Origin: Malacoraja senta
Lineage: Eukaryota
NCBI GenBank assembly: GCA_038087875.1
Contig: CM075982.1
Span: 55,428,001 to 55,492,000, forward strand
DNA: 64,000 bases
Reading direction: 5' to 3'
The notes beneath the pieces are model-generated. The model did no database searches, was not told where the DNA came from, and saw only the letters and a list, made by a program, of their open reading frames with translations. Below, piece by piece: positions 1 through 12,348 of this stretch. A program made the position numbers and the translations under genes. Numbering within the stretch: position 1 is the first letter of the stretch; every line of letters starts with the position of its first letter.

Positions 1-54
1 GATTAATTTGCAGTTTAATTTGCGGTCATAAGGAACTGCATGGACCAACTAGTG

Positions 55-262
55 GGAGTGTTCTCTCCCTACTCCATTCTGATGTAACCACCTGCTTCAA
101 GAAGACCACTATCAACCACATACCAAAGAAAAGCAAGACCTCATGCCTTAACGACTCCCGTCCAGTGGCCATGACATCAACCATTATAAAGTGTTTTGAG
201 AGGTTGGTTATGGAACGCATTAAATCCAACCTACCAAGCAACCTTGATCCATTGCAGCTCAT
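55..262 (+). mobile_element. Rex1/Babar-type LINE reverse transcriptase fragment (decayed)
   Basis: Translates as ...[55 protein letters not shown], matching the Rex1 pre-RT motif CLNDYRPVALT...KCFERLV...LDPLQFAY. Confidence 0.75.
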
Positions 263-399
263 TTTCTGAAATTTCAAGGAAGATTTATAAGCAGCACAAA
301 TGTCTTCTGTTGTTCAGATATCAACACATAACTTTTAAAATTAATTCAATTTATAAAGTAGCTGATTTACAGAAAATAACACAGCATGTGGTTCTGTAT

Positions 400-614
400 G
401 TGTAGGAAGGAACTGCAGATGCTGGTTTAAACCAAAGATAGACACAAAAACCTGGAGTAACAGCGGGACAGGCAGGATCTCTGGAGAGAAGGAATGGGTG
501 ACGTTTCGGGTCGAGACATCTGAAGAAGGGTCACGACTCGAAACGTCACCCATTCCTTCTCTCCAGAGATGCTGCCTCTTCCGCTGAGTTACTCCAGTTT
601 TTTGTATCTATCTT
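400..614. mobile_element. Penelope-derived foldback (inverted pLTR) element with hammerhead core
   Basis: Two inverted arms, a 34-nt tail on the left arm, and a 13-bp TSD TGTGGTTCTGTAT at 387-399 and 615-627. Confidence 0.85.
520..547 (+). ncRNA. Minimal type I hammerhead ribozyme-like motif
   Basis: CTGAAGA-A-GGGTC-AC-GACTC-GAAAC-GTC: conserved core, stem II with one G-U pair, palindromic ACGT stem III. Confidence 0.6.
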
Positions 615-1813
615 TGTGGTTCTGTATAACTTAATCATCATTCAGACTGATTTTAAATCAGTATGGAGGAGACCATGATATTCTGATTAATGAATGCATA
701 AATGTGATAAGCTCTTTGTCAGTCATATTATTGAAACCACTCTTACCACTCTTAACAAAAAGTCAACATGTTTGTTGAAGGAAAGACAAATATAAACAAA
801 GTCTTATTAGTCCTGGCTGAAAGATTTTGCAGCTGTGACTAGGGGAATAAGGTCAGGTAGAAACATAAACCCATAGATTCACTTTGGGTGAAATCAGAGT
901 AGGTTCAGGCACAGTGTGAATCCATCTTGGCAAATATGCCCACATCACAGAGTCTACACTTGTAATGTTATTGTGCATCAGCGCTCGACTAAATCTACAC
1001 TGCTTCACTCGAAGACCTTCTCCATTATCAGATTTTGATAAGTTTTTATATTTTTATAATTTTCCCACAAGCTTCTTTTACATTATGCTGGAGTTTTAGT
1101 ACATTTTGAAATTAATTCCCTATACTTGTTGATTTATTACCATCCATTCATTTATCACTCATATTATTGATTTTTTATTTTCTGGTCTTGCAAATTATTC
1201 CTACAATGGAGTTACTCATGGATTAAAAAGAAAATGTAAGCATTCCCAATCCGAAAAGGAAGCTGGAGAGGACCTATTTCATAACGAGCCTGGTAGAATG
1301 AATCAAATAGATAAGTGAAAATAGTAGTAACAAATTGTGTGAAGATGAGCAATGAGAGCCTATAGTGACTGTAACTAAACAAGTGCTCAGAACAAGCAGA
1401 TCTCTTCAAATTGCATACCCTCCCTAAGGACTGGAAATGCTTATCAGCCTTACATCCATCGATAAAACATTTTGCAATGTTCTCCGTGGCAACAGTAACA
1501 TTTCAACCTATTTCCTCATTGAAGTAATTTTATTTATTTCTCGCGCATAAGGCTTTCTATTAAGTGTGAGTGATACTTTTAAGCCCAGGTTAATATAACA
1601 AAATTGAGCATCTTATTTGTTTGAATATATAGCATGGTAACTTACTGACATAACCAATTCCTTCTGTCCTTTCTCTACGATGATCATCCCAATCCATTGT
1701 TCCTTTTGCACGGCTGTAACAAGCCACATATTGCCGTCATTTTGTTTTCATTATTTTTCTATTCCGTTTATAACATCCAGTTGCCAACCCAAACAGAAAG
1801 ATAAGATTCTCCT

Positions 1814-2021
1814 GAAGATAGGTACAAAATGCTCGAGTAATTCAGTGGGGTAGTCAGCATGTCTGGAAAAAAGGAATGGTTGACGTTTTGGGTCGAGATC
1901 CTTCTTCAGACCCGAAATGTCACCCATTCCTTCTCACCAGAGATGCTGTCTGTCCCGCTGAGTTACTCCAGCATTTTGTGTCTATCTTCGATATAAACCA
2001 GAATCTGCACTTCCTTCCCAC
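1814..2021. mobile_element. Penelope-derived foldback element
   Basis: Inverted arms, a 32-nt tail on the right arm, and a 13-bp TSD ATAAGATTCTCCT at 1801-1813 and 2022-2034. Confidence 0.85.
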
Positions 2022-2688
2022 ATAAGATTCTCCTTCTGGTCAGAGAGAGCTAACAGTTGATTATTTTCATTGTCTTGGAAGGATGAAAAACCTCAAGAGT
2101 CTTTTGGAGATATTCACAGTAATTTGTCACAAACCTAATCAATTAACCATGCCATTTGTTGTTTATTCTTGTGAATCAGCTTTTGATGCAAAACCGATCC
2201 ATGGAATTTATCTGCAAGTTAATGCTCAGAATTGGATCATGCTGCACAAGGATTTTCAATTTTTCACAATGATATATCAAAGATAGAAAACAGGTCAAGC
2301 CTTGAAAATTACAAACCCATGATTTACATTCCTTTGCAATGCTTATGTTGCAACATTCATCCTGAATCCAACTTCCATGATATTCATTCATCCAAACTAA
2401 AACAAACTTTCACAGCACGTATGGCACATGCTTCAGCGAGATTTATAGGACACCTATTGGAACTGGGAACTTATGATAGAGATCTCCTTGTGATCATTTT
2501 TTTTCGTGGTCATCCCCTCCCTGCCAATGTAATCATTTCTGCATGACCAGGCTCATGATCCTTGCTGCCACACCACCTAGTACTCCACCCCCACTACTGC
2601 TGTACTGTTGACATCTTTCCCTCCCCCATTTACTGATGTTCACCTCCCAACAAACAAATGTTTTCATTGACTAATCAACTGATCAACC

Positions 2689-2771
2689 AATCAACTGTTA
2701 GCTCTCTCTGACCGGAAGGAGAATCTTATGTGGGAAGGAAGTGCAGATTCTGGTTTATATCGAAGATAGAC
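2689..2771 (-). repeat. 83-bp inverted duplication of 1980-2062
   Basis: Reverse complement of 1980-2062 with one mismatch; includes the element tail, its TSD and unique flank. Confidence 0.9.
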
Positions 2772-2775
2772 TCAA

Positions 2776-2818
2776 GATAGAGTCTGAAGAAGGGTCTAGA
2801 CCCGAAACGTCACCTATT
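2776..2818 (+). ncRNA. Minimal hammerhead motif with intact core and extended stem I
   Basis: Core 2784-2811 reads CTGAAGA-A-GGGTC-TA-GACCC-GAAAC-GTC. GATAG(A)GT at 2776-2783 can pair with ACCTATT at 2812-2818. It lies in a tail-less Penelope arm at 2781-2877. Confidence 0.6.
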
Positions 2819-5617
2819 CCTTCGCTCCATAGATGCTGCCTCACCCGCTGAATTTTTCCAGCATTTTGGTCTACCTTTTCATCGATTAGCAAACCAAGCT
2901 CCAACTACCAACCTCACCACAACGGCCAATCCTACATGTTGATCACCAATCCCATAAACGACAATTTATTTTATCTGACTATCAAATCCCCAAATACTAA
3001 TCACCCACCACAAATCTCACTTGATTGATCCTTTACCACTGTGATCAGCCTCTTTTCCTTATCTCTAGGCCTTTCTTTGATCTGACCATTTGGCATTTAA
3101 TGACTCCATAATATCAGAACTTGCAAAGAGAGTTCTTCAGTGGTAAGACAGATATTGGGAGCCATACACAACCAAATGTCCCAGTTATGAATCCTCAACT
3201 CTTGTTGTACCACGACAAACCAGCAACTTAATATGCGATTAAAGATGCCAAACGTGCAAATCCAAAAGTAAAGTACTGCAGGTGCTGGAAGTTTAAATAA
3301 AAGCAAAACAATTTTCAGCAAGTTTGACAGCCTTTGTGCAGAGAGGAGTTAATATTTCACATTGTGTTAGCAATGGAAGAACCCAGACATCCACAGCATC
3401 ATCCAATGGCACATAACGCATTCCTTAATTTCAGATCAATGACCTTTAATCAGAGCATGTGATATTATTATGACCGTTGCAGCCTTATAGATTCAATATT
3501 AAATACTCCAATTTGAGATAACTCACTCCTTCCTGCTAGCTGCAGCAGCAGTAGTCATTTCTGCCATTCATCATCTTTTATTCCCCTGTTAACACATTCT
3601 AAACTACTGGGCATGTCCCACCCAAAGCCTTTCTTTGCAAGTTCTTATAATATGGTGTCACCATCAACAACACATTGCACAAAGAAATATAACATGCATC
3701 TAACTGTTAGTATTACTGCCCACATTAACCTAATTTTCTCACGATCAAAGATATTTTCTTTGATCTACCCATCCCGTCCCCCACCTCTTCTCCTAACAAA
3801 AACAAACTTGTTTCTCTCTTTCCCAGTTCTGATGAAGTCCCAGACCCGAAATGTCTATTTCTACAAATTCTGCCTGATCTAGTGAATGTTTCCATCATTT
3901 TCTGTTTTTTTAATTTTTTTTTAGCAATTATGTTCCATAAAGAAAATAATTTCATGTCTGAATTTTGCATTTGGCCAAATTGTTAGAGGCTATGTCTTGC
4001 TTTCAACATTGCACATTGATATCATGCATGCACTCAATACTCAATATGTAAATTGTTTTAGATTGTTTAGATAAGGGGCTATGATTTAGTTCCTCTCCAT
4101 TATCCAAATAGAAATGTGACTAAATATCTAATAGTAGTTATTGCTCAACACAAAGGTTGCAAGCTCAAGAATGTGGAGCAGAGATTGTCTGTGCATGTTT
4201 TATAGAACTGTTTAGTTTTAATTGGATTCTGGTTGAAAATACTGCCAATAGTTGCCTGGTGATAATGATATCATTACATCTCAGGGAATTCATTGGCCGA
4301 AATCAGAAACAAGAAATCAAATACTCTTGTGCTCTTAGTTGAGCTCGATAGCTTTCTGCTTAATTAATCCTCCTTCATCTCAAATGCATTTGGTCCAGTT
4401 TCTTCTCTTTAGAGATTCAACAGCTATTTGTATTTATACAGTCTCTTTAATGCAATGAAACATTCCAATGCACTTTTCACATTAATTTTAATATCACAGG
4501 AAAATAGCAAGGTACAAAAGAGTGCTTTAGGAAGGGCAATTTAAACCATGGTCAGAAGTAGGTTTTAGAGAGGAGGCTAAAGGAAGATGAGTAGACACTC
4601 AATTGAATTTGTGCATTCAGAGAAGGGATCTGATGACCATCTTCTTTCTAACACATAAAAATGGCACCAGCATTAACAATGCTGTGATGTTTTGTAATAC
4701 AGTGTAGTATTTCATTGTAAATTGAGCCATTGAATTGAATATATATAGCAACAGTGAAAATGGTGTTTGATTTATATTTTGTGAACAATCATAATCTTAA
4801 ACCCGCCCCCAAACTTACTGAAAATCCATTGGGAGAATAGTAAACTTAAGTTGGTCCTCTATTAGGCTTTATTCTCAAGTTGGAGATCCCTTCTAAATAG
4901 GTCACATTGGTTCGTCTGACTGGATCTGGAAACTGGTTCTGTATTCAGAACTTAGCTATTGCAAGAGATCTTCAGGGGGACAAGGTAAACACTTCAAACA
5001 GGTTTCCCAAGGTTTGCAAACAAAGTATTTCACTGTGACTTGTTACATGTGACAATAAAATATTCAATTCCAAAGATCTTTGAAAATGCAATGCCATACT
5101 AATTTATTGGGGTCCCTGACCTAAACTGCCGCAGACACTTTCAGGAGCTTTTCATCGTTTCAATCAGGTCCCACACAGACACAGCCCTGGGAAGGAAGGT
5201 CTACATCCACCACCCCTTAAACTCATAATACTGGAAATGCCCCAAAAGCAACCACTCAAAGCCCCCACCCTACCATTCCCCCACCTTACCATTCCCCCAC
5301 AAGCCTAACAACAAGGGATGGGTTTACAGCAGCCCCATCATCCCCAGAGAGAGCAGGGGAGCTACACAGAGAGGGGTACAGAGCCAGTCATCCCACAGAC
5401 TGACACTGGCCTTAGTTAATATAGTATCCATCTGCATTATGTTGTCACATTTTAAAATCATTTGATCCCAATATTTCACTATAACAATGTAGTACTCTGG
5501 CTTGCAATGAGAGATGATTATTACTCTGAAATTTCCAGAATATAAAGTCAAGCATGGTTCAATTAACCACCAACTAAAAGCTAGATTCGCTGCTTCACCC
5601 TGCTCCAAAAACAATGA

Positions 5618-5833
5618 AAAAGCAAGGAAATGCAGATACTGCTTTACAAAAAAAGACTCCAAGTACTGTTGTAACAGCAGCAGGTGTCTGGAGAGCATGG
5701 ATAGGTGATGTTTCCAGTTGGGCCCCTTCTTCAGTACGGTCTGAAGAAGGGTCCTGACCTGAAACGTATCCATTTTCTCCAGAGTTGCTGTCTGGCTCTC
5801 TGAGCTACATCAGCACATTGTGTCTATTATTCT
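5618..5833. mobile_element. Older Penelope-derived foldback element
   Basis: Diverged inverted arms, hammerhead core at 5741-5768 (CTGAAGAAGGGTCCTGACCTGAAACGTA), and an 11-bp TSD AAAAACAATGA at 5607-5617 and 5834-5844. Confidence 0.75.
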
Positions 5834-5887
5834 AAAAACAATGATTTTATTGGTGTAACCCAAATGGGAAATATTTCATTGACTAGC

Positions 5888-6382
5888 CACATCACCCCGA
5901 TTCTGGCCTCTCTCCACTGCGGTTCCGAATAAATTTCAAGATCCTTCTTTATGTTTACAAATCCCTTAATGGGCTTGCCCCCACCTACATCAAAAGTCTG
6001 CTTACCCACCACACCACCTCCAGGTCGCTCAGATCGTCCGACTTGGGGTTACTGACCATCCCGCGGTCTAGGCATAAGCTCAGGGGCGACCGCGCCTTTG
6101 CGGTTGCAGCTCCTAGACTGTGGAACAGCATCCCTCTTCCCATCAGAACTGCCCCCTCCATCGATTCTTTTAAGTCGAGACTTAAAACTCATCTTTACTC
6201 TCAAGCCTTTCTTGACGTCCTCTGAGAGAGGGCTATATGTATGTATTTATGTATGTACTTAATCTATGAACCACTGTTGTATAACGTTAGTACCTCCACC
6301 AATGTAAAGCACTTTGGTCAACGAGAGGTGTTTTTTAAATGTGCTATAGAAATAAAAGTGACTTGACTTGACTTAACTTGAC
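5888..6382 (+). mobile_element. L2 LINE 3' end (5'-truncated)
   Basis: HITPILASLH...GDRAFAVAAPRLWNSIPLPIRTAPSIDSFKSRLKTHLY is the L2 ORF2 C-terminus. The 3'UTR reads TGTAAAGCACTTTGG...AATAAAA and ends in a (GACTT)n tail. Confidence 0.85.
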
Positions 6383-7469
6383 ACTAATAAGTCATCAGCA
6401 TGCACAACAAAATTCGTGAGCAACATTGATGGTGGCAAGAGTAAAATATTGCACTCTTGTTGAAGATGTGTGCTTCCCATTTGTATTTTCCAGTAGCTAT
6501 GAACTGCTTGAAGTGTGTGCACTATTTACATTTGCAATAGTTAAAGGAGGAATATAAATTCTATATTTGCCATCCAAAGTAAACCTGATGTTCCTCCTTC
6601 AGTAAGGTCCCTTTAATATACCATGTCCTCCTTATCAAATTCTATAACATATAGTTGACACGAACAAGAAAAAAACATTTCATCTGATTATTTTTAAACA
6701 GGTTTGAGTGCCTTTTTCATTTTTCTTCATGATTTAAAAAAAATTATTCATCTTTATTTGTGGAAAGCATTTGTAAGATGAGAATTAAATAAACACTAGA
6801 ATCTATCATAATAATCGTGCAAATGAATGGGACAAAGATAAAATGTTTTGGAGTGGGAAGGATAAAATAAACAAAAGTACTTGCAATTTTTTGCCAATAT
6901 AGATATAATATGAATCCTGAGTCAAAAACATTGTAAAGAAAAGATTCAGTCAAAGAAAAATGAATTCTGTAAGTGAATATTATTACCATTATTTTACGTA
7001 AATTACCTTTACTTTTTGGCATTATTCGGATGCATTATAATTGTTGTAATATATTAGCTCTGCAAAATACGAATGCAATCAATTAATTGCATGCAAGGCA
7101 GGAGCAAACAGTTGCTTCGTTCATATGTCAGGAGGACTATAGTAAATATCAAAAACTCTGATTCTTATTCTAAGACCAACAGATAATAGTTTAAGTAATT
7201 AAGCAAACCAAAGTTGTTTAACACAAAATAATCCAGTTTATTTAGTCCAGTATAAATTGAATTCTAAAATACCATACAACAAAAATATCTACAATATTAG
7301 GATATATTTAGGGTTTAGGATGATGAGACTTTTACAAGGATGTAAACATTTTAAGTTTTATTTTTTGATGATACTTTTTTTTCATATTCATTTTGAGAAT
7401 TTTAATACTGCTCTCAAAGTCAATATTTGCTGCCTTGGGAAAATGTTGAATACGGTTGTTCCGAGGACT

Positions 7470-7930
7470 CTCCAATGAGTTGTTATGTCATGATTTTGAC
7501 CCCGGGGTGATGAAGCAATGGCAATAGGCATCCAATTCAGGATAATGCAAAACAGTGCAAAGTTTGGCGATGAGTGTTCCCATGTGCTCAATGATCTTGT
7601 CTCCCTCGATGGTTCGTAGATACTGTCAATGAAGCCAGTGTGAGTTGCGGCATTGCATTTTGTTGATATTACATCTTGCACCAGTGGTTGAGAGAGTGAA
7701 CAGTTATGATGCTGACTGGAGTGCAGATCAAGCAGTTTGCTCTATGCTAAAGGCTGTTGAGCTTCAATGATGACCCTCATGAAGGTGAGGTATTGCTACA
7801 GAATGTCAAGTGAAGATGGTTAGATTCATTTTAAAATGGTCATTGCCTGTCATTTGTATGACATTAGTAATACATATCACTTCTAGGACCATATCCAAAT
7901 GTTGTCTTAGTCTTGTTATAATGTGCACAG
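7470..7930 (-). mobile_element. Highly decayed LINE fragment (CR1/L2 group); related fragment at about 50450-50790
   Basis: Shares diverged blocks with the 50.5-kb region (CAGTGG..GAGAGTGAA, GATCAAGCAG.TTGCTCT vs GATCGGGTTGGTTCTTTGCCC). Family assignment is tentative. Confidence 0.35.
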
Positions 7931-8029
7931 ACCACTGTGGTATTGATTTGCATCATGCCTGGAGTTTGCTTGACAACTAGTAAGGAAAGGGTAACGTCAA
8001 TTGTGTTCATAAATTCATTAATTCATGTT

Positions 8030-8150
8030 ATAGGAGCAGAATTAGGCCATTCGGCCCATCAAATCTACCCTGCCATTCAATCATGGCTGATCGATCTTTC
8101 CCTCTCAACCCCATTCTCCTGCATTCTCACCATAACCTCTGGCCCCCTTG
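8030..8150 (-). mobile_element. CR1 (HER1-like) 3'UTR fragment
   Basis: TAGGCCATTCGGCCC...ATTCAATCATGGCTGAT...CCCCATTCTCCTGC is the reverse complement of the 3' end of the CR1 at 16990-17100. Confidence 0.75.
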
Positions 8151-8719
8151 AACATAGTCATCAATACATATTGCCAACTCTGACCCCTCAGCAGCATGTT
8201 CAACAATATCTAAAATCTTACATTTGTTCCTCCATTGCTGGTTAGTACAGGCAGGATGTAAACAGTATGTAATGGGAAGAGTATTAATGAATTGGTAATT
8301 GTGAGTTGAAATCGATGGTGAGATATGCCTATGCTCTCAGGTATAAATCGATTCATGAGAGAGCGATTGGGAAGTTTGTTAGCCTACACAGTAAATATTC
8401 ATAAATTCCGACTGTTGAGGTCAATTCACATGAAAGTCATCATCAGAGATACTGCTCTTGCATTAATTTGCATGCATAATGATTTGCTTATGTTGTACAA
8501 TGTTCTGAACTGTGATCCTTATTTCATATGGTTGCACTGAAGAAAAAAAAACAGACATTAATGCGAGAATACAGTGGGATTGCTAAGAAGTGTTTTTGAC
8601 TAATAGTTACTCAGGTTAGACTCTGTGGTTGTCAACTTACCCCTTTGGGAATAAATTAAAATAATAAATTTAGAAAAAGAAAAGTTACCTTACCATTGCC
8701 TTACCATTTGTCAAATGGA

Positions 8720-9562
8720 ATGGGATTCTCCATGCATGGTGCAATATCAATAATAGTATTGGGTTAGAAATTGGGTCTAACATCCAGGCATACAGCTAAG
8801 GAGAGGAAATGATTGGCCACCACTTGGCAGAGTGTGGATTTGTGAAGGGGGTTTGCACAAGGATGTCTCAGTTCATCCTTGTCTCAGTTCATCCCAAGCA
8901 GCTGATTTATAGTCTGTTCCCAGGGATGCACTTAGAGATGGACATGACCTGCTGCTGGAAGACCTTCAATTCAATGAAAGATGCACTTTGGTCTGCCTGA
9001 AACATGTTGATCTGCCAGCACAGCGAGATGTCTATAAAGGAATGTTTCAAGTTTAGTTTAGTTGAGTTTAGTTTATTGTCACGTGTACCAAGGCACAGTG
9101 AAAAGTTTTTGTTGCATGCTAACCAGTCAGCAGAAAGAAAATACAATTAAAATTGATCCATTTATGGTGTATAGGTACATGATAAGGTAATAATGAGATG
9201 CATGATAAGGGAATAATGGGATATATGATAAGGGAATAACTGGTCCTTTTCCAGACTGCAAGAGTACATACTGAGGCATGCACTGAAGCTTGGTGCAGCC
9301 AACATGAAGGATCTGTGGGGGAGGGCCACAGTCTAGAATCCTTCTGCTGCAGGACATTGAGGGGCTGAATATAGTAGGGGCATCCCTCTTACAAGGGAAG
9401 GGGTGTCATCCCAGGGGGCCACATGAATGGCAATGGTGTTAACACTATTGAGTGTGACTCCATTGTATGTATAGACACTAAGAATGTATGAAGATCTTTG
9501 GAATAGTTTTCTGTTGTTCATATATTTTTTAATTAAGAATAAGTTTATTTTTTGAAAACAAA
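8720..9562 (+). mobile_element. Tx1-like L1 LINE 3' fragment, interrupted by an insertion at 9050-9240
   Basis: E.IGHHLAECGF...LIYSLFPG...CCWKTFNSMKDALWSA then SRLQEYILRHALKLGAAN..DLWG, a decayed C-terminal zinc-finger region. Ends in AATAAGTTTATTTTTTG plus an A-rich tail. Confidence 0.6.
9050..9240 (-). mobile_element. Short retroposon with ...GTGACAATAAA-(CTAAA)n tail (probably Rex1-mobilised SINE or LINE tail)
   Basis: Reverse complement of the family copy at 10361-10528; splits the Tx1 fragment. Confidence 0.7.
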
Positions 9563-9804
9563 AGTGCTGAATACCATATTACTGACATGAATGTTATTAA
9601 GGTTTGTTATTCCTGGACCTATAGTCACTTTTTCCAGGCCAGTCACTTGGGAGGATTTGTTGAGTGAGTCCAGGCATAGTAATTAATTTGGAAACGGAAA
9701 AGTATATAATCTTCAAAAATGCATTTTCACTTTTTCTGCACTGCTGCATTGCGATACAAATAGACTGATTGAAAGGTTTCCTCCTATTTTTGCTCATTTC
9801 CTTC

Positions 9805-10620
9805 ATAAGATCACAAGAAACAGGAGCCGAAATAGGTTACATACTGTAGCCCCTTGAGTCTAATCCATCATTCAGTGCAAAGATTACGATCCATCCGTGG
9901 TCTCAGCACCACTGTCCTGCTCTATATCCATACCCCTTGCCTTTGTAGTCAAATATCCATCGAATGATATTGAATGATGATGAATGTATCCATTTCTCTA
10001 TCCTATAGTTCTCTAGGATAGAGAATTCCAAAGATTCATGATAATCTGAGAACAGAAATTCATCATCATCTCATCCTCATCTTAGAATGGATGACATCCT
10101 TATCTAAAACTATTCTCCCCAGTCCTGGAATACCCTCCCCCCTGCCCCCTGCCCCCAAGGGGAATACTCTTTCAGCCTCCACCATGCAAACCCCCCCTCA
10201 AGATCTTATTGTTTCAATTACCATCTCCCATTCTTCTATACTCTAGTCACTATAGGTCCAAACCTGCTCAACATGTCCTCATCCATTAAATCCATCATCC
10301 CAGGATGAAACTTAATGAACCTTTGCTCTATTGCCTCCAATAAAAACTCCTTTCTTGAAGACTGGATTTACCTTGTTATTGATGTTATTCTCTATATCGT
10401 CCCTGTACACTGTGGTTGGCTCGATTGTAATCATGTATTGTCTTTCCGCTGACTGGTTATCATACAACAAAAGCGTTTCACTGTGCCTCGGTACACGTGA
10501 CAATACACTGAACTAAACCAAACTAAACGGAAACCAAAATCGTACATGGTACTCCAGATATCATCTTAGGAGCTCCCTGTGAAGTTACAATGGAAACATA
10601 TCTACTTTCATACTCCATAC
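9805..10620 (-). mobile_element. Old CR1 3' fragment, interrupted by 10361-10528
   Basis: CATAAGATCACAAGAAACAGGAGC terminus, GAATTCCAAAGATTCA, and TACTCCAGATAT are characteristic of antisense CR1 sequence. Confidence 0.6.
10361..10528 (+). mobile_element. Short retroposon, same family as 9050-9240
   Basis: TTTCACTGTGCCTCGGTACACGTGACAATACA followed by a CTAAA-like tail. Confidence 0.7.
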
Positions 10621-11521
10621 CCATTGGAAAAAAAGGCATTATCCTTCCTAATTTCTATTCTTTTGTGCTTCATGAATTCAGAGGACAAAATTCCATTTTA
10701 CCACAGCATTTTATACTCCCACTCAATAACAAATTTCTTCTTTTATGAATTTTTATGAATTCAACATCAGTTTTATTAAGGAGTGATGGAAATTTTTGTT
10801 CCATTGAAGATGATGGCGAGAACAAAATGAAATGAATTTCTCCATACTGATTGAATAACAGATCGCCAATTTAAAATGTTGAAATGATAGAGCAGAGCCA
10901 ATGTTTTATATCAGCAATGTTACAGTGTTCATTTCATCCCCGTTCAAAATGAATATGGAAATCTGTGAAAGCCTGTTGAATACCATTACTGCTGATATAG
11001 ATGAACCTCTGCAGTAAATTTTAAACCTTTCTCTTTCATTAAATTAGGATTGTTCTTGGTGCAGTTTGCTGTAGAATACTAGTAGTGACCAGTGTCATTG
11101 GTTTATTCCCAGGCCAGGCAGTGGCCTGGGAATTATTTACTGATAAATATCTGGATCTGATTTACTTTTTAATAGAAGAGGAATGCAACTTCTTTGGAGC
11201 AATATTGGCTGGGACCATATCAGTGGTCAGAGAGAGAAAAATGGTGGACATCAGCAGTATCTTTTACATTGTCCCAGAATTTGCCTTCTTTGAGTTTAAT
11301 GGAAAGGAATTCCAGAGGTGTTTATGCCACTATATAGCAAAATTGGTGCCTGGGTCTTGAATGACCACAGGTCTGGGGATTGAGGACTCCAAGAATTAGG
11401 CCTTGGAGATCAAAAGGTCATGATTTAGGTAATTAGGGGGTGTAGGTTGGAATGACAGAGAGTACTGGGAATGGCAGGTTGATGTGAGTGGCAGAGCAAT
11501 TAAAACAAAAGAAGAGCCTTA

Positions 11522-12348
11522 TGGGCCTGTCCCACTAAGGGGCTTTTTTAGGTGAGTGCAGGAGTCTGCGCTTGCCACATGGTCACCACATGTTCGCTGG
11601 TGGTCTCTGATGAGTCTCCTTCATGGTCGCGAGGAGTTCCCACACTCTGGGAACTAGTTGTGGCCTCAGTATGGTTGCCGCAAATTTTTCAACATGTTGA
11701 AAAGTTTTCTGTGATCAAAAATTGGTCGCCATGGAGATAATCGATAATCCTGTAGTCGTAGGTGCAGTTGTAGTGGGGTCGCCATTTAGTTGTAGGTAGT
11801 TGAGGTTGTCGTAGATAGTTTTAGTTAATCGCCTTTGTTGACTGGTCATTTTCATTGGCTCATTGGGGGAAAAAAACGTAAGCAGGAGTTTTCAGAACCA
11901 AGGATAACCAACCAGTAATGATAAATGTCCGCCGAACTTAACAGCTGTGTATCTCTGGCTTATTAAAAGTTATCTGTCTTCTTAAAAGTTGTCTCCATTG
12001 CTTGTCCCCCCTTTCTCCCCCCTCCCTCCCCCCCTCCCCCCCTCTCCCCCCCTTCCCCCCTCTTTTAAAGGACTTACCATACACTGTGCTTTAGCCATCT
12101 TAATTACAGCGCCAACCTTCCTGTTCATCGCGGTGTGTGTCTGTATCACCTTGCACCGTGTGAATTTCAGACAGCGCTCTCCCCTGCTTGCCCTGGCCCC
12201 CGCCTTTCCGATGTGTTTGTGTGTGTGTGTGTGTTTGTGTGTTCCACTCTGACAGTCGCCGTTCCAGTTCCCGGTTTTTCAGGTGACTGCCGGCAACTTG
12301 ACAGTCGCCGGCAGTCTGCTGAAAAATCACGTAAGTGGGACAGGCCCA
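11522..12348. mobile_element. PIF/Harbinger-type MITE
   Basis: Perfect 15-bp terminal inverted repeats (TIRs) TGGGCCTGTCCCACT / AGTGGGACAGGCCCA, and a 3-bp TTA TSD at 11519-11521 and 12349-12351. Internal C-rich and (GT)n tracts; no transposase. Confidence 0.85.

Noticed and set aside
400-614. Foldback elements as DNA-transposon MITEs or miRNA genes
   Set aside because: Variable 9-14 bp TSDs, asymmetric ends, unique centres and continuity with Penelope GIY-YIG sequence indicate a retroelement origin. There is no evidence of miRNA processing.
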